64,000 nucleotides of DNA from Planctomycetota bacterium (GCA_965222115.1 CBDCTJ010000007.1:416001-480000), one strand, 5' to 3'; shown: positions 39,008-49,217, counted from the first letter of the stretch. The notes: a model not told the origin generated them from the letters alone. Numbers and translations are program-made.

Positions 39008-39283
39008 ATGGGCAAGAATACGTCCTTCATACTCGGCGATCACTTTGACGCCTTCGTCGCCGAGCGCGTCGCATCGGGGCGCTATGCAAACGCCACCGAT
39101 GTGATTCGTTCGAGCCTACGCTTGCTCGAAGAACACGAACGACGTATTGAGGCGTTGCGGCTTGCATTGGAAGAGGGAGAAGCAAGCGGCGTGGCTGGTG
39201 AGCTGGATATGGAGGCAATCAAGCGACGTGCGCGAGGCGAACAGTCGTCGCTTGAACATGAATCGGATGCTACGACTCGTTGA
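39008..39283 (+). CDS. parD: ParD antitoxin
   Basis: MGKNTSFILGDHF...VASGRYANATDVIRSSLRLLE...LEEGEASG. Confidence 0.92.
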   Translation: MGKNTSFILGDHFDAFVAERVASGRYANATDVIRSSLRLLEEHERRIEALRLALEEGEASGVAGELDMEAIKRRARGEQSSLEHESDATTR

Positions 39284-39573
39284 CGCGCCGATTGCTCATA
39301 AGTCATCGTGCGGAGGATGATCTCCGCGCCATATGGCGCTATAGCTTCCGAAATTGGGGCGAAGCGCAAGCGGACCGCTACCTCGATGGCATCGATGCTG
39401 AGCTTCGAATGTGCGTACAGTTCCCTGAACGTGGAACATCTCGCTCTACGCTGAGAGAGAATTTTTGGTCTTGGAAGGCACATAAGCACGTTGTCTTCTA
39501 TACATTTTCAGAAGAGTCCGTGGCCATCCAACGAGTGCTTCATGGGAGCATGGACCCTGCTCGACATCTTTAG
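39280..39573 (+). CDS. parE: ParE/RelE-family toxin
   Basis: AEDDLRAIWRYS..WGEAQADRY, HVVFY, RVLHGSMD. Overlaps the parD stop. Confidence 0.92.
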   Translation: MTRRLLISHRAEDDLRAIWRYSFRNWGEAQADRYLDGIDAELRMCVQFPERGTSRSTLRENFWSWKAHKHVVFYTFSEESVAIQRVLHGSMDPARHL

Positions 39574-39594
39574 CCCAGACAACTCGTTACGCAC

Positions 39595-39670
39595 CCGACC
39601 AGCTCGATCCCGATGGCAAGATTCCGTCGTTCAAGTTTTCGGCGGTTCGTGTTGAGAAGGCATAGCGCAC
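39595..39670 (+). repeat. 76-bp direct repeat copy 2 (displaced fdh 3' end)
   Basis: Encodes DQLDPDGKIPSFKFSAVRVEKA* but is not attached to the fdh gene body. Confidence 0.95.
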
Positions 39671-39799
39671 CGGACGATCTGCCTTCATAGTTCCTCGTTT
39701 GACCACGCCCCGCCAGCAGATCCCCTAGGCAGCGCATAAATCATCCAATTCAATGCCCGAACGTGGTGTTGAGCAAGACTTGTCTTCTACGATGTACTC

Positions 39800-42043
39800 G
39801 TGGGCCGCACTCTCATCACGCTAGGCGCTATCTCCGCCGCGGCGGTATTGATCTTTGTTTCACGATGTGAGTCGCCAAGCCGAGGTCATGACGTCCCCGA
39901 TGTGACGGGACGGCGCTTGGGAACTGTAGCGCTCAATCCACCCACCTCGAAGCATGTCGAACGCGATGTCGAAACCATCAAGACAAATGTAATTGATGCA
40001 GCGCTTTGCAAACGACTCGCTTCCGATGACGAGTTCGCGCAGATCGATGCCTTTTCCGAGATTCAACAGCAAGTACGGACCGGCAAGCTTGGTATCGAAG
40101 CGGTCATTCATCTCTATCTCGACGCGGAAGTCGATGGAACGCCGATTCGGGGGTCCGTACTCGACGCAGCCCTCGCATTGATCAGAGAACGAGAATCCGA
40201 ATCGGCTAAGCACTTGCCCATGATACTTGGATGCGTGATCCATGACGCCGCTGCGCGGCGACTGCGCGCACTTCATATCATCTTGGCATTGCCGCCATTG
40301 GACTCCACGCTCGCGCCCCTCGTCTTGGAGGCTTTGGATCGCCACCCTTTCAACTTCGACGTTTATGCGACCATCGCATACAAATGTGAGAAGTCCCTCG
40401 GCGTACTCGCCCTACCACACATGCTCCGCTGGTTTATGGACACGGCAAAGCCTAACCAACCACGCATACGAGGCTCTACGGATGTCTCGGGAGCGCGTGC
40501 ACCCGACGAGATCTTAGAGCCCATGATTAGGAAGCTCGGAACAGACGCAGTACCGGTATTGCTGGAGTTCTTGTTGGTTCCGCGTCGTTCGTTCTGGAGA
40601 AAGAGACCTTATCTAGATCCGCGTCGCGAATTGGTGTTCATGCTAATGGGCGTTGATCCTCCGCCCGACGATGCGATTGCAACTCTCATTGATCGCGCCG
40701 ACGATCACGTTGTGATTCATGTACTTCGGTACTGCGACTTCATGTTGGATTCACTACCTTCGGGAGACATTTTCTTGGCGATTGAGCGGGCATCGAAAGT
40801 CCGCCCACGCACGGTTCTCAGGCACATACCCGAGGCGCTGAAACCGTTCCCGGAACTTCGCGCACGACTGCTTATGAATTGGCTAGATCACGACGACGCG
40901 CGCGTTCGGCGGGAGACAATGTGCGCGCTACTCCACGAGAAGCCTCGACCGCCTCCTGAAGCAATGGCCTACTTTCGCAAGAGGCTTCAAAGCGGGAGCG
41001 CAGATTCGGTAGACCGCGCTATGTACGCGCTCTATGAAGCAAAGGTGAGCTACCCGGAACTTGTTTCCGATATCATGGAGGCTACGCGCAAGACGGGCGA
41101 GCCCAGCATTTGGGTAGATTTCGTCATTCGTGGCGCAAACGTCGCACTCCTCACGAACTACATACGCGACCCTTCACTAGCTGTGCGCATTGCGACCCAC
41201 GACATTCTGCTGAAGCATGGGCTTGCCGGCTCATCGCAAGAGCGGATCATGCATGATTCACTATATGACACGAACGGACTCATTCGCGTGCGCGCGGCAA
41301 TCCTCCTATCGGGCAAGGGTATTCCCGCCGTTTCAGAGATTCTGGGGAACGCACTTTCACATCTCAATGAAGAGACGTACGTGGAGCTGGCGCCTCGCAT
41401 CGTTCGCTGCCTTGCAAGTGAAGGAGAAGCGGCGCTGCCCTGGGCGGAAGCTCTCGTTCGTGTCTACCATGATCCATTGACAGAATCGACAGCGTTAGCT
41501 CAGCATGCTATCAAGGCGCTTGTGTCAATCATGCAAGGTCGAGGCGATGAGCTTCTTACGTGGCTCGACTCGAGCGGCGAGCGGGCGGAGTTGGCGCTTG
41601 AACTACTCCAGAGAGATGGGTGCGGCATTCCGATTGCCGCAATGATCGACGGCACGAGCAAGAATCAAGCTAGAGCGATGCGCATCAACTGCATGCGACT
41701 GCTGTTCACATACGTGTATCCACATCTCACCAGAGATAATGACTTCCGCGAGGCGGCGAGGCGGCTCGCGGAGCTCGTAAGCGATCCCGACATTCACGTA
41801 GCGAGTCGTGCCGCGGCACACGCAATATCGTCAAAGACGGTTCATGCACCGAATGCCAACGCGGTCTTGAAGGCTGCACTTGCGCACGATGACCCAGAAA
41901 TCACGTATCTCGCGGCGGGGGGTCTGTGTGACGCCGCTTCAAACGACGAGCACTACCGAGCCCTCGAAGCGCATTTCGGTCATCCGCATATAGGGGCGCG
42001 AGGGTTGATACAACATCGAGTACGTGCGTGGAAACTTCGGTAG
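39800..42043 (+). CDS. HEAT-repeat protein with N-terminal anchor
   Basis: Repeated L.D.D..VR..A helices. Confidence 0.7.
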   Translation: MGRTLITLGAISAAAVLIFVSRCESPSRGHDVPDVTGRRLGTVALNPPTSKHVERDVETIKTNVIDAALCKRLASDDEFAQIDAFSEIQQQVRTGKLGIEAVIHLYLDAEVDGTPIRGSVLDAALALIRERESESAKHLPMILGCVIHDAAARRLRALHIILALPPLDSTLAPLVLEALDRHPFNFDVYATIAYKCEKSLGVLALPHMLRWFMDTAKPNQPRIRGSTDVSGARAPDEILEPMIRKLGTDAVPVLLEFLLVPRRSFWRKRPYLDPRRELVFMLMGVDPPPDDAIATLIDRADDHVVIHVLRYCDFMLDSLPSGDIFLAIERASKVRPRTVLRHIPEALKPFPELRARLLMNWLDHDDARVRRETMCALLHEKPRPPPEAMAYFRKRLQSGSADSVDRAMYALYEAKVSYPELVSDIMEATRKTGEPSIWVDFVIRGANVALLTNYIRDPSLAVRIATHDILLKHGLAGSSQERIMHDSLYDTNGLIRVRAAILLSGKGIPAVSEILGNALSHLNEETYVELAPRIVRCLASEGEAALPWAEALVRVYHDPLTESTALAQHAIKALVSIMQGRGDELLTWLDSSGERAELALELLQRDGCGIPIAAMIDGTSKNQARAMRINCMRLLFTYVYPHLTRDNDFREAARRLAELVSDPDIHVASRAAAHAISSKTVHAPNANAVLKAALAHDDPEITYLAAGGLCDAASNDEHYRALEAHFGHPHIGARGLIQHRVRAWKLR

Positions 42044-42079
42044 CCAAGTGGCGACCATCGTGCAGGAAAGGTCACCACC

Positions 42080-42292
42080 ATGAAAACCGGCGACATCCTC
42101 ATTCTCGGTGGCATCGCATTGGTGGTGGCCGGCGTGCTTACGAAGTACGGGCTCATGGGCTGGTTTGGCAACTTGCCGCTCGACTTCAAATCCGAAGGCG
42201 AAAACGTGCGCTTCTATGCGCCCATTGGATCGATGCTTCTAATCAGTGTGGTTGCGTCAATCGTCTTGCGCGTTGTACGGTACTTCTCGTAG
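42080..42292 (+). CDS. DUF2905 small membrane protein
   Basis: WFGNLPLDF..EGENVRFYAPIGSMLLIS signature. Confidence 0.85.
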   Translation: MKTGDILILGGIALVVAGVLTKYGLMGWFGNLPLDFKSEGENVRFYAPIGSMLLISVVASIVLRVVRYFS

Positions 42293-42300
42293 CTCGAGGG

Positions 42301-45123
42301 CTACCGCGGCGTCAACTCGATTGGTGCCGAACCACCGGCAGGTAGCGTTGCTGCGCCGCGCACTCGTTGCTTATTGAGGTCCCAGATTTCGACCTCGATG
42401 CGCCAGGTTCCGGGCGGCAACCCTTCCACAACGTACTCGCGACGTTCCGTGTCTACGCGTCCCGTGATACGCAACGGCGCGCCGCCTGTGCGCGTGGCAA
42501 AGACTGACGCAAGCTTGTGCCTTGCTGGAAGTTGACCGTGAAGCGGACCGCGAATGGTTGCACCCGTGGCGGCTGTGACGGTGAGTTCACCTTCGGTGCC
42601 CCATACGTCGCCGTGATAAAGGAAGCGGCCTTTGCCGAGCGGCGCCCAAAGTGTGTAGTGTTCGCCGATGCGCATGCGTTTGAATGTGACGCTGGTGCCG
42701 CCGGGGCGCAACGCGGCGCGCAACCGAATGCCGTCGGCGCTTCGTAAGAGTTGGAGATGAATCCACTCGCTGCGCTCTTCTACGCCGCGCACATGAACTG
42801 TAAGCGCGCCCGTTCTCTTAAGCTCCGGTGCTTCGGGTACCTCGGGTACCTCGGGCCCCGGAGCAGCCGCGGGTGTGGGCTCGTTCTTGGACACCGCACG
42901 CGTAGAGGGTGTCCTTGCGCGCGGCGGAATCGCGGTCAAGGGAAGCGACTCAAGATCATTGGCTGGTGCCACCGGCGGATTGGATTCACGACGTAGCACG
43001 CGTGGTTCACCCCGTGCAGCAGCAATCGATGGCATGTCCACGTCCAACGGTGTGAGATCATCCGGAGGTATGGCGGGCTTACGTGTCGCCGTTGCATCCG
43101 GCGTAGGTTCTTGCGTAGATGGGGGGACGGTGTCTTCAGACGCATCCGTAGGGTTAAGCGATTGGCCGGGCGAGTGGTCGAGTGCAAGGTCGAGACGAAC
43201 CTCAGATCCCGTAGATGTTGCGACGACCGACTCGCTTGCAACGACGTGGAAGGGTCCTTCTGCACGCACCTGATACGAGAGTCCGGTCACCAAACCGCGC
43301 AGCGTGAAGCGACCGCGCGCATCCGTCACGGTGGACGTCCGCAACACGCGCGCTATAGCCGTGGGGACTTCCTCCGCACTCGCTCCGACCAAGCAAGAGG
43401 GCACGGGTGTGCCCTGCGCGTAACGCACGACGCCGCGCACTACCGTGGTCGGCCTAACATCAAGGCGCCACTCGTGTTGACCGCGCGAGGTCAAAGTGCG
43501 CACGGGCGTGAGCGTGGCCGAAAGCGAATCGTTCGACATCTTGCTCGCCATTAGCGACGTGTATCGCTTGTCGTGTGCAAAGACAAACGCTCCGCCAATC
43601 GGCACACCCGTGATGAGGTAGTGTCCGTCATTATCGGAAACGCCTGAACGCATTCGTTCCGCACCCATGACGGCATCGCCACCGTCCTGCGGGACAACGT
43701 GAACGCGTACACCGGCGACCGTCTTCTCGTTGCCCGCGCGGTGCACCTTGCCAAAGACACGAGCACCTTCCACAAGTTCGATGACACGCGCGCCGCCCGC
43801 CTCAAGCGCGTCGGCATCGAGCACCAACGGTCCATAGCCGGGTGCGCTTACAAAGAGTCCCGCGCGCGCATTGCGCCACGGCATGGCGTAACGCCCGTTG
43901 CGGTCAGTCGCTGCGCGAATCACCGTGAGGCCGCTATCGAAGTCGCCAATCCCCGCATGGAGCACCGCACCCGGAATCGGCTCCTTGGTAAGCGCATCCA
44001 AGACACGCCCCTGTACCCCACCGGCAAAGGATGGAATCTTAAACTCGTAGGTTCCTTTTATGGGAAGCGCGCGGCGAGGTCCGAGCACGCGTACGTGTTC
44101 ACGTAGTCGCACGCTCACAACGACGTCGTGTCCCGCCACGTGGGGGACCAAAAAAGTCCCGTCCGGTTTGGTCTTGGTCGTTTGCGCGGCGTCCAATAAT
44201 GCCAATGGACCCGAGCGCGTGCTGCGCGGCATCACGGTGACAACGCCAACGAACGGACGTCCGTCGGGAAACACCACACGACCGCGAAGCGGCGCAAGCG
44301 TCTTGGGGCGCGGCGTGCGAACCTCGCGAGTAATTCGATCGGCTGAGAGACCCACCGCATGTCGAATCGATATGCCGTCCGACCACGCGGTCTCCACCTG
44401 GTACACACCCGCGGGTAGCTCTGCAAACGTCGCCACTTCACTCACGGGGGTCGTTGACTGTGTCGGACGAAATGCCGTGGCACCGCCCTCAAGCAGCAAT
44501 GACAAAAGGGAGCGCGCCGTTACATCCGCGGATGTCGGATTCTCGCCCAAGGGGCGAATCGCAACATGCTTGACCTGCATGCCGAGCACGGTGGGTACGT
44601 GCACGCGCAACGTACACCCCCCCCCTGCGGGCAAGTCAACGTCACGCGGTGCGGTGTCTGCAACTGGTGCGAGATCATCCATCGCACCGGCTGTATGCGG
44701 GGCGTCTTCTTTGATGGAAGCGCCGACGGGAGCATCCTCGGAAGACACGTCGTTGCTAGGCGCAAGGTTCACCACATCTGTTTCGCCTGCATCCGTGTTG
44801 ACAGGTTCAGCGGGTTCGGGCACCACCGATTCCTGATCGCTTGTGATTGCGGGCGGTGTTGCAACCTTCGAAACGGATTCGCTCGGAACGCGAGTAGGTG
44901 TGGACGCACGCGTGCGACGGCCCCGAGGAATCACACCGCCACTTCCCGGCGGTATGACGTCGTGCATGTCTACATCGACGAATGCGTCGTTGCCGCCGCG
45001 GGTGGACGCAGGCGTAAAGCCACTACTGAAGTCGGGCTCGGGCTCTTTGCCACATGAGTTGAGAGTTACATATCCCGCTACACAAACCAGGGCCAATGCA
45101 ATGAGCAGGGGCCACGATCGCAT
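42301..45123 (-). CDS. Carboxypeptidase-regulatory-like repeat protein with Pro-rich linkers
   Basis: TM helix, GRVxxPDG / TDxxGRY repeats, low-complexity linkers. Confidence 0.75.
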   Translation of the reverse strand: MRSWPLLIALALVCVAGYVTLNSCGKEPEPDFSSGFTPASTRGGNDAFVDVDMHDVIPPGSGGVIPRGRRTRASTPTRVPSESVSKVATPPAITSDQESVVPEPAEPVNTDAGETDVVNLAPSNDVSSEDAPVGASIKEDAPHTAGAMDDLAPVADTAPRDVDLPAGGGCTLRVHVPTVLGMQVKHVAIRPLGENPTSADVTARSLLSLLLEGGATAFRPTQSTTPVSEVATFAELPAGVYQVETAWSDGISIRHAVGLSADRITREVRTPRPKTLAPLRGRVVFPDGRPFVGVVTVMPRSTRSGPLALLDAAQTTKTKPDGTFLVPHVAGHDVVVSVRLREHVRVLGPRRALPIKGTYEFKIPSFAGGVQGRVLDALTKEPIPGAVLHAGIGDFDSGLTVIRAATDRNGRYAMPWRNARAGLFVSAPGYGPLVLDADALEAGGARVIELVEGARVFGKVHRAGNEKTVAGVRVHVVPQDGGDAVMGAERMRSGVSDNDGHYLITGVPIGGAFVFAHDKRYTSLMASKMSNDSLSATLTPVRTLTSRGQHEWRLDVRPTTVVRGVVRYAQGTPVPSCLVGASAEEVPTAIARVLRTSTVTDARGRFTLRGLVTGLSYQVRAEGPFHVVASESVVATSTGSEVRLDLALDHSPGQSLNPTDASEDTVPPSTQEPTPDATATRKPAIPPDDLTPLDVDMPSIAAARGEPRVLRRESNPPVAPANDLESLPLTAIPPRARTPSTRAVSKNEPTPAAAPGPEVPEVPEAPELKRTGALTVHVRGVEERSEWIHLQLLRSADGIRLRAALRPGGTSVTFKRMRIGEHYTLWAPLGKGRFLYHGDVWGTEGELTVTAATGATIRGPLHGQLPARHKLASVFATRTGGAPLRITGRVDTERREYVVEGLPPGTWRIEVEIWDLNKQRVRGAATLPAGGSAPIELTPR

Positions 45124-45232
45124 GTCATTCCTCGCTCGGCGTATACACGTCACACGCGTTCAAACCGTGTGCTTGGCCAAGGCGGCCGCCCCTCTAACGT
45201 ACTACGAACTCGGCTCTCGCAAGCCAACCCAC

Positions 45233-45336
45233 GCGCCACAGAAACCAGGTATTTTTGGCGCACGCGCTGCGCCCCGTGGCCCGGAGAGCCCAAGCACATG
45301 GCAGGTGCGCCACAGATACCAGGTATTTTTGGCGCA
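45233..45336. repeat. Pair of ~31-bp palindromes, family B (REP-like)
   Basis: GCGCCACAGA(A/T)ACCAGGTATTTTTGGCGCA at 45233 and 45307. Confidence 0.85.
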
Positions 45337-45340
45337 GGGA

Positions 45341-46441
45341 CTAGATGGGCGCAGGCTCTGGGTTGGTGTCGTCGTCGGTCATCTTGCGCCACAGGCCGCT
45401 CAGCGAATCGCCGACCGCGCCGAGGATTTTGCCGGGCAAACGAAGCACCCCGCCACCCACGGTCTTGATGACCTCGGTAACTACGTCCTTCGAAAAGCCA
45501 GCGGCCTCCTTGAGTGCCCCCGAGATGGCATCCACGGTGTTCGGTTCTTTCCACGAAGAGAACGCGCGGCAACGCGCCTTGGCGAGATGGCCGATGCGCA
45601 ATGTCGCGACAGCATTCACACCACCGTCCAGCAGTGGCGCGGCCACAAGCCCCACGTGTTTGCCAAACATGCCACCGATGGCTTGCCCTGCCATGTCGGT
45701 GAGATCTTGCAGGTACGCGCTGGCAATCGTTGCGGCCGAGACATCGCGCAAGATGCTAAGCGTGCCGCGCACACCAGGACGTCCGTAGTAGATCTTGCCC
45801 AAGTGGCTCACGAGATTGCAGTTGCGCCACAACACAAAGAACGCGTCGATGGTCCCATTCCACGAAACAGCGGTGGCAATGCCCACGGCGAGCGCTTCTT
45901 TGCGAATGATCTCTCGCGCCTGGCGATCCAGCGGTTCCAACAGTCGATTGACGGTGCCGCGTTCAAGCGCCATGACCTCTTTATGAAGCACCTTCATGGA
46001 CGCGGCGTCACGACTCGCCTTTGAAGCGCGCTCACTGAGCGCAGTGATTTCTTGCCGCGCACGATCCACCGAATCTTGTGTGCCTTCCCACAGCGGATTC
46101 TTGGGCAAGGCGGCCACGTACGAATCGGCAAAGCGCAAATAGCGCACCACATCGCGCGGTGTGCGTTCGGCGGCGGGGGGCAAATCAGGCGGGCGCACCA
46201 CCACCGGCATGCGCATGAAGCGATAGATGGGACGACCCACAAACCACACAAAGGCCGCCATGAAGACGAGCAAGAACCCCACGCCGAGCCAGGGGTGGGT
46301 GTCGGCCATGAATCGATAGAGCTCGGCCACGCGAAACGCGAGGAACACGAGCATGACGCCAATCAGGCCGTAGCTTGCGAAGCGAACAAAACGAAAGATC
46401 CGGCGCAAGAGCACACCGAAGTCTTTGAGTGGCGCGGCCAT
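45341..46441 (-). CDS. YcjF/DUF697-family membrane protein
   Basis: Two TM helices, LDRQAREII..ALAVGIATAVS...D, GGVNAVATLRIG. Confidence 0.75.
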   Translation of the reverse strand: MAAPLKDFGVLLRRIFRFVRFASYGLIGVMLVFLAFRVAELYRFMADTHPWLGVGFLLVFMAAFVWFVGRPIYRFMRMPVVVRPPDLPPAAERTPRDVVRYLRFADSYVAALPKNPLWEGTQDSVDRARQEITALSERASKASRDAASMKVLHKEVMALERGTVNRLLEPLDRQAREIIRKEALAVGIATAVSWNGTIDAFFVLWRNCNLVSHLGKIYYGRPGVRGTLSILRDVSAATIASAYLQDLTDMAGQAIGGMFGKHVGLVAAPLLDGGVNAVATLRIGHLAKARCRAFSSWKEPNTVDAISGALKEAAGFSKDVVTEVIKTVGGGVLRLPGKILGAVGDSLSGLWRKMTDDDTNPEPAPI

Positions 46442-46504
46442 GGCGGATCCTCCAGCGGGTCCGCCTTCAGTATTGCGTGGGAAGGAGGCCCCGCGGCCTC
46501 TTCA

Positions 46505-47689
46505 TTACTCGGTTGGTTCGGCCCAGTCGACTACGAAGACATTTGTTTCGTTGGGCTTCTTGTTGAAGCGATTGCTGCAGAAGACCAGTTTCTTGCCGTC
46601 TCGCGTGAACATCGGGAACCCGTCAAAATCGTCGGAGCGACGCGCGCCCTCACGCTTCCGCGTGAAATACGTGACACGCTCGGTCTTACGCGTATCGACA
46701 TGAACCAAGTAGAGTTCAAAGTTGCCGCTCTTGGGATCGTGCATGTTCGAACTAAAGATGATGCGCTTACCGTCGGGATGCCAAAATGGGCCGAAGTTGG
46801 CGGCGCCGTTGTTGGTGAGCATCTTCTTGTTGCCACCATCTTCGTCGGCAATCCAAATCTCCAGACGGCTGGGACGCACCAACTGTCGTTCGAGCAATGT
46901 CTTGAACTCCTTGGCGTCAAAGCCATCACGTGACGGCGCACGCCACACGATCTTTTTTCCGTCCCATGAGTAAAACGCGCCGCCGTCATACCCCGGCGCA
47001 TTGGTCACACGCTGCACATCCGACCCATCAAGCTTCATGGTGTAGACATCAAGATCGCCATCGCGTGCGGAGGTAAACACCATGCGGTGGCCCGTGGGCG
47101 AAACCGTAGCCTCGGCGTCGTACTTGGGGGAATCGGTCAAGCGCTTGACATCACTGCCATCGGGCAGGGCCGTGAAGATGTCGTAGGTGTGAAAGATGGG
47201 CCATACATAACCAAGGGAGCGGTCATGGGCGGGCTTCTTCGGCGGGGCCTTGCCGCCCAAGTGTGTGGACGCATACACGATGCGCTTGTCACCCGGCAAG
47301 TAGTAGGCACAGGTCGTACGGCCGTGGCCGGTGCTCACCATCTTCACGTTCTTCCCGTCAGCGTCCATGGTGAAGATCTGATCCGCGGTGAGTTTGCCGC
47401 GCGTGGATTGAAAGATGAGCCGCTTTTCGTCAAACGACCAATAGGCTTCAGCGTTCTCGCCGCCATCCGTTAGTTGCGTAACGGTCTTGAAGTAGCGCTC
47501 GCCCGGAAAGGGTTTGCGCGACAGCCCCACAGAGGAAGCTTCGGCCTGCTTGGCGGGCTCCTTCGTTTTGGCGTTCGCGGTCGGGGCATCTTCACCAAAC
47601 GTCGGAGGCACCACGGCCGCCAGACCAACACCAACAAGCGCAATCAGCGCAAGCGACCAACGGACAGCGGGACGATGAAGCGTTTGCAT
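46505..47689 (-). CDS. TolB-like PD40 beta-propeller protein
   Basis: ENAEAYWS, YDAEATVSP, YDGGAFYS, FDGFPMF repeats and a signal peptide. Confidence 0.88.
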   Translation of the reverse strand: MQTLHRPAVRWSLALIALVGVGLAAVVPPTFGEDAPTANAKTKEPAKQAEASSVGLSRKPFPGERYFKTVTQLTDGGENAEAYWSFDEKRLIFQSTRGKLTADQIFTMDADGKNVKMVSTGHGRTTCAYYLPGDKRIVYASTHLGGKAPPKKPAHDRSLGYVWPIFHTYDIFTALPDGSDVKRLTDSPKYDAEATVSPTGHRMVFTSARDGDLDVYTMKLDGSDVQRVTNAPGYDGGAFYSWDGKKIVWRAPSRDGFDAKEFKTLLERQLVRPSRLEIWIADEDGGNKKMLTNNGAANFGPFWHPDGKRIIFSSNMHDPKSGNFELYLVHVDTRKTERVTYFTRKREGARRSDDFDGFPMFTRDGKKLVFCSNRFNKKPNETNVFVVDWAEPTE

Positions 47690-47786
47690 GGCGAACCTCG
47701 GGAGCGTGAGACGATGGTGGGGCGTGATTATGTCCAGAGCCTTAGCAAATCGGGGCATATAGCGAACGTGAAACGGGAGACGGCGC

Positions 47787-48479
47787 ATGGACCGCGAGGA
47801 CTTTGAGGCCGAACTGAATGCCGCCTGGAAGGCGCTTGATGCAGGCCAGCAAGATGGAATCCGCGAGTTGGTCGTAATCGAGGAGTCGCGGACCCATCCC
47901 CTGCTGCCCAGCTACAGCGTGCCGTGGCTTGGCGGATTGGGACACGGACCGGACGACACCTTGCGAGAGCCCTACCGCGAGGGCGAACTCTGGTTTTCAT
48001 GGCCGGGATACTCGACGTCGCCGCTGGCAAATCAGTCCGACGGACTACCGCGCCTGTTGCGCTCCGTTGTATTCGATCATCACGCTACGCGCTTGGCCTA
48101 CACCGAACACGCGAAGGACGAGGACCGGTTCGCGGCCCACGCCTGTTTCAGACGAGATGAACCCCTCTACGACGGTTGGTACCGAAGCGCCGAAATACTC
48201 GCACCCCTAACCTGGACGATCGACTTGGATCTCTTCGTCGAGTTATCACTTCCGCGCGAAACCTACGGCACCTTTAGGCAGCAGATCACTTTGACCGTTC
48301 TCGGAATTGAACACAAGGTCGCCATACCTGATGACTGGATGAGCACGCTCGATGAAGACAACTTCGTGCTCACCCTTGAAGGCGCGGGCCTCATTGATGG
48401 CGACACCGAACAGGGAAACGAAGACGCGTTGGCCGACGCCACAACCGGGAACTTAAACCTTATGCTTTGTCTATACTGA
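47787..48479 (+). CDS. Hypothetical protein, C-terminal part DnaJ_C-like
   Basis: DLFVELSLP...KVAIP...LTLEGAGL...GNLNL pattern, with no HPD motif. Confidence 0.5.
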   Translation: MDREDFEAELNAAWKALDAGQQDGIRELVVIEESRTHPLLPSYSVPWLGGLGHGPDDTLREPYREGELWFSWPGYSTSPLANQSDGLPRLLRSVVFDHHATRLAYTEHAKDEDRFAAHACFRRDEPLYDGWYRSAEILAPLTWTIDLDLFVELSLPRETYGTFRQQITLTVLGIEHKVAIPDDWMSTLDEDNFVLTLEGAGLIDGDTEQGNEDALADATTGNLNLMLCLY

Positions 48480-48510
48480 CGCATGTTGACTACGGCTACT
48501 TGGAGACGCC

Positions 48511-48786
48511 ATGGGTTGGATTCGCACACTCTTTCTTGGCGATATAGGCAATCGACTGGACATTGGCGACGCCGAACGCTCGATTGCACGCCTACGGGAA
48601 AATCTACAACGTGCAAAGAGCATCGACCGCACGCAGGACGAGCGCTTGGATGCCCTTGAGCAAGAGAACTACGATCTGAAGCTCGCGTTCGCTGCGTTGA
48701 CAGATCTACTGGTGCGCCACAACGTTCTCACCCAAGAAGATGTGGAATCCACGTTTACGTTCGTGGATGAGGCGTCTAACCTGTAG
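48511..48786 (+). CDS. Small coiled-coil hypothetical protein
   Basis: GGAG RBS, RLDALEQENYDLKL heptads. Confidence 0.7.
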   Translation: MGWIRTLFLGDIGNRLDIGDAERSIARLRENLQRAKSIDRTQDERLDALEQENYDLKLAFAALTDLLVRHNVLTQEDVESTFTFVDEASNL

Positions 48787-48824
48787 TACAGGACTCGACG
48801 GGCGGACGAGGCTTGGATGCTTGC

Positions 48825-49217
48825 CTACGCGGCGCCGAGCGCCTCGAGGGCGGTCTCGACGCTCTGGCTGCGGCGCAGCAAGGCATCGACGCCGAGGATC
48901 GAAAGCGTACTTGCCACACGACGATGGAGGCCGACCAAGACGAAGGCCTTGCCGGCTTGACTGGCGTCGCGGTGAATCTGAATCAGCGCGCCAATCGCGC
49001 TCGAAGGCAGCATCGTGTGACCGCCCAAGTTGAGGATCACGGCGCGGGCGGAACCGGCGAGCGCCTCACCGGCCGTCTTTTCAAGATTGGCGAGGCTTCG
49101 GGGAAGCAGGAGGTCTTCCCCCGGCGACAACACGAGCACGTCATTGATGTGTTCAAGGGTCATGATGGCCTCTGAGGCGTTGGTTGCCTCTGAAGATGGG
49201 GTGGTGTTGGTTGGCAT
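48825..49217 (-). CDS. STAS-domain protein (anti-sigma antagonist-like)
   Basis: VILNLGG..MLPSSAIGAL, LVGL..RV..L. Confidence 0.8.
   Translation of the reverse strand: MPTNTTPSSEATNASEAIMTLEHINDVLVLSPGEDLLLPRSLANLEKTAGEALAGSARAVILNLGGHTMLPSSAIGALIQIHRDASQAGKAFVLVGLHRRVASTLSILGVDALLRRSQSVETALEALGAA

Noticed and set aside
39571-39585. TAGCCCAGACAACTC resembling a family A arm
   Set aside because: Only 11/15 identity and no partner arm.
45233-45336. Possible CRISPR array
   Set aside because: Only two repeats per locus, unequal spacers and no cas genes in the window, so it is treated as REP-like.
44843-46933. 393-aa and 293-aa plus-strand ORFs
   Set aside because: They overlap better-supported minus-strand genes and read through intergenic palindromes.
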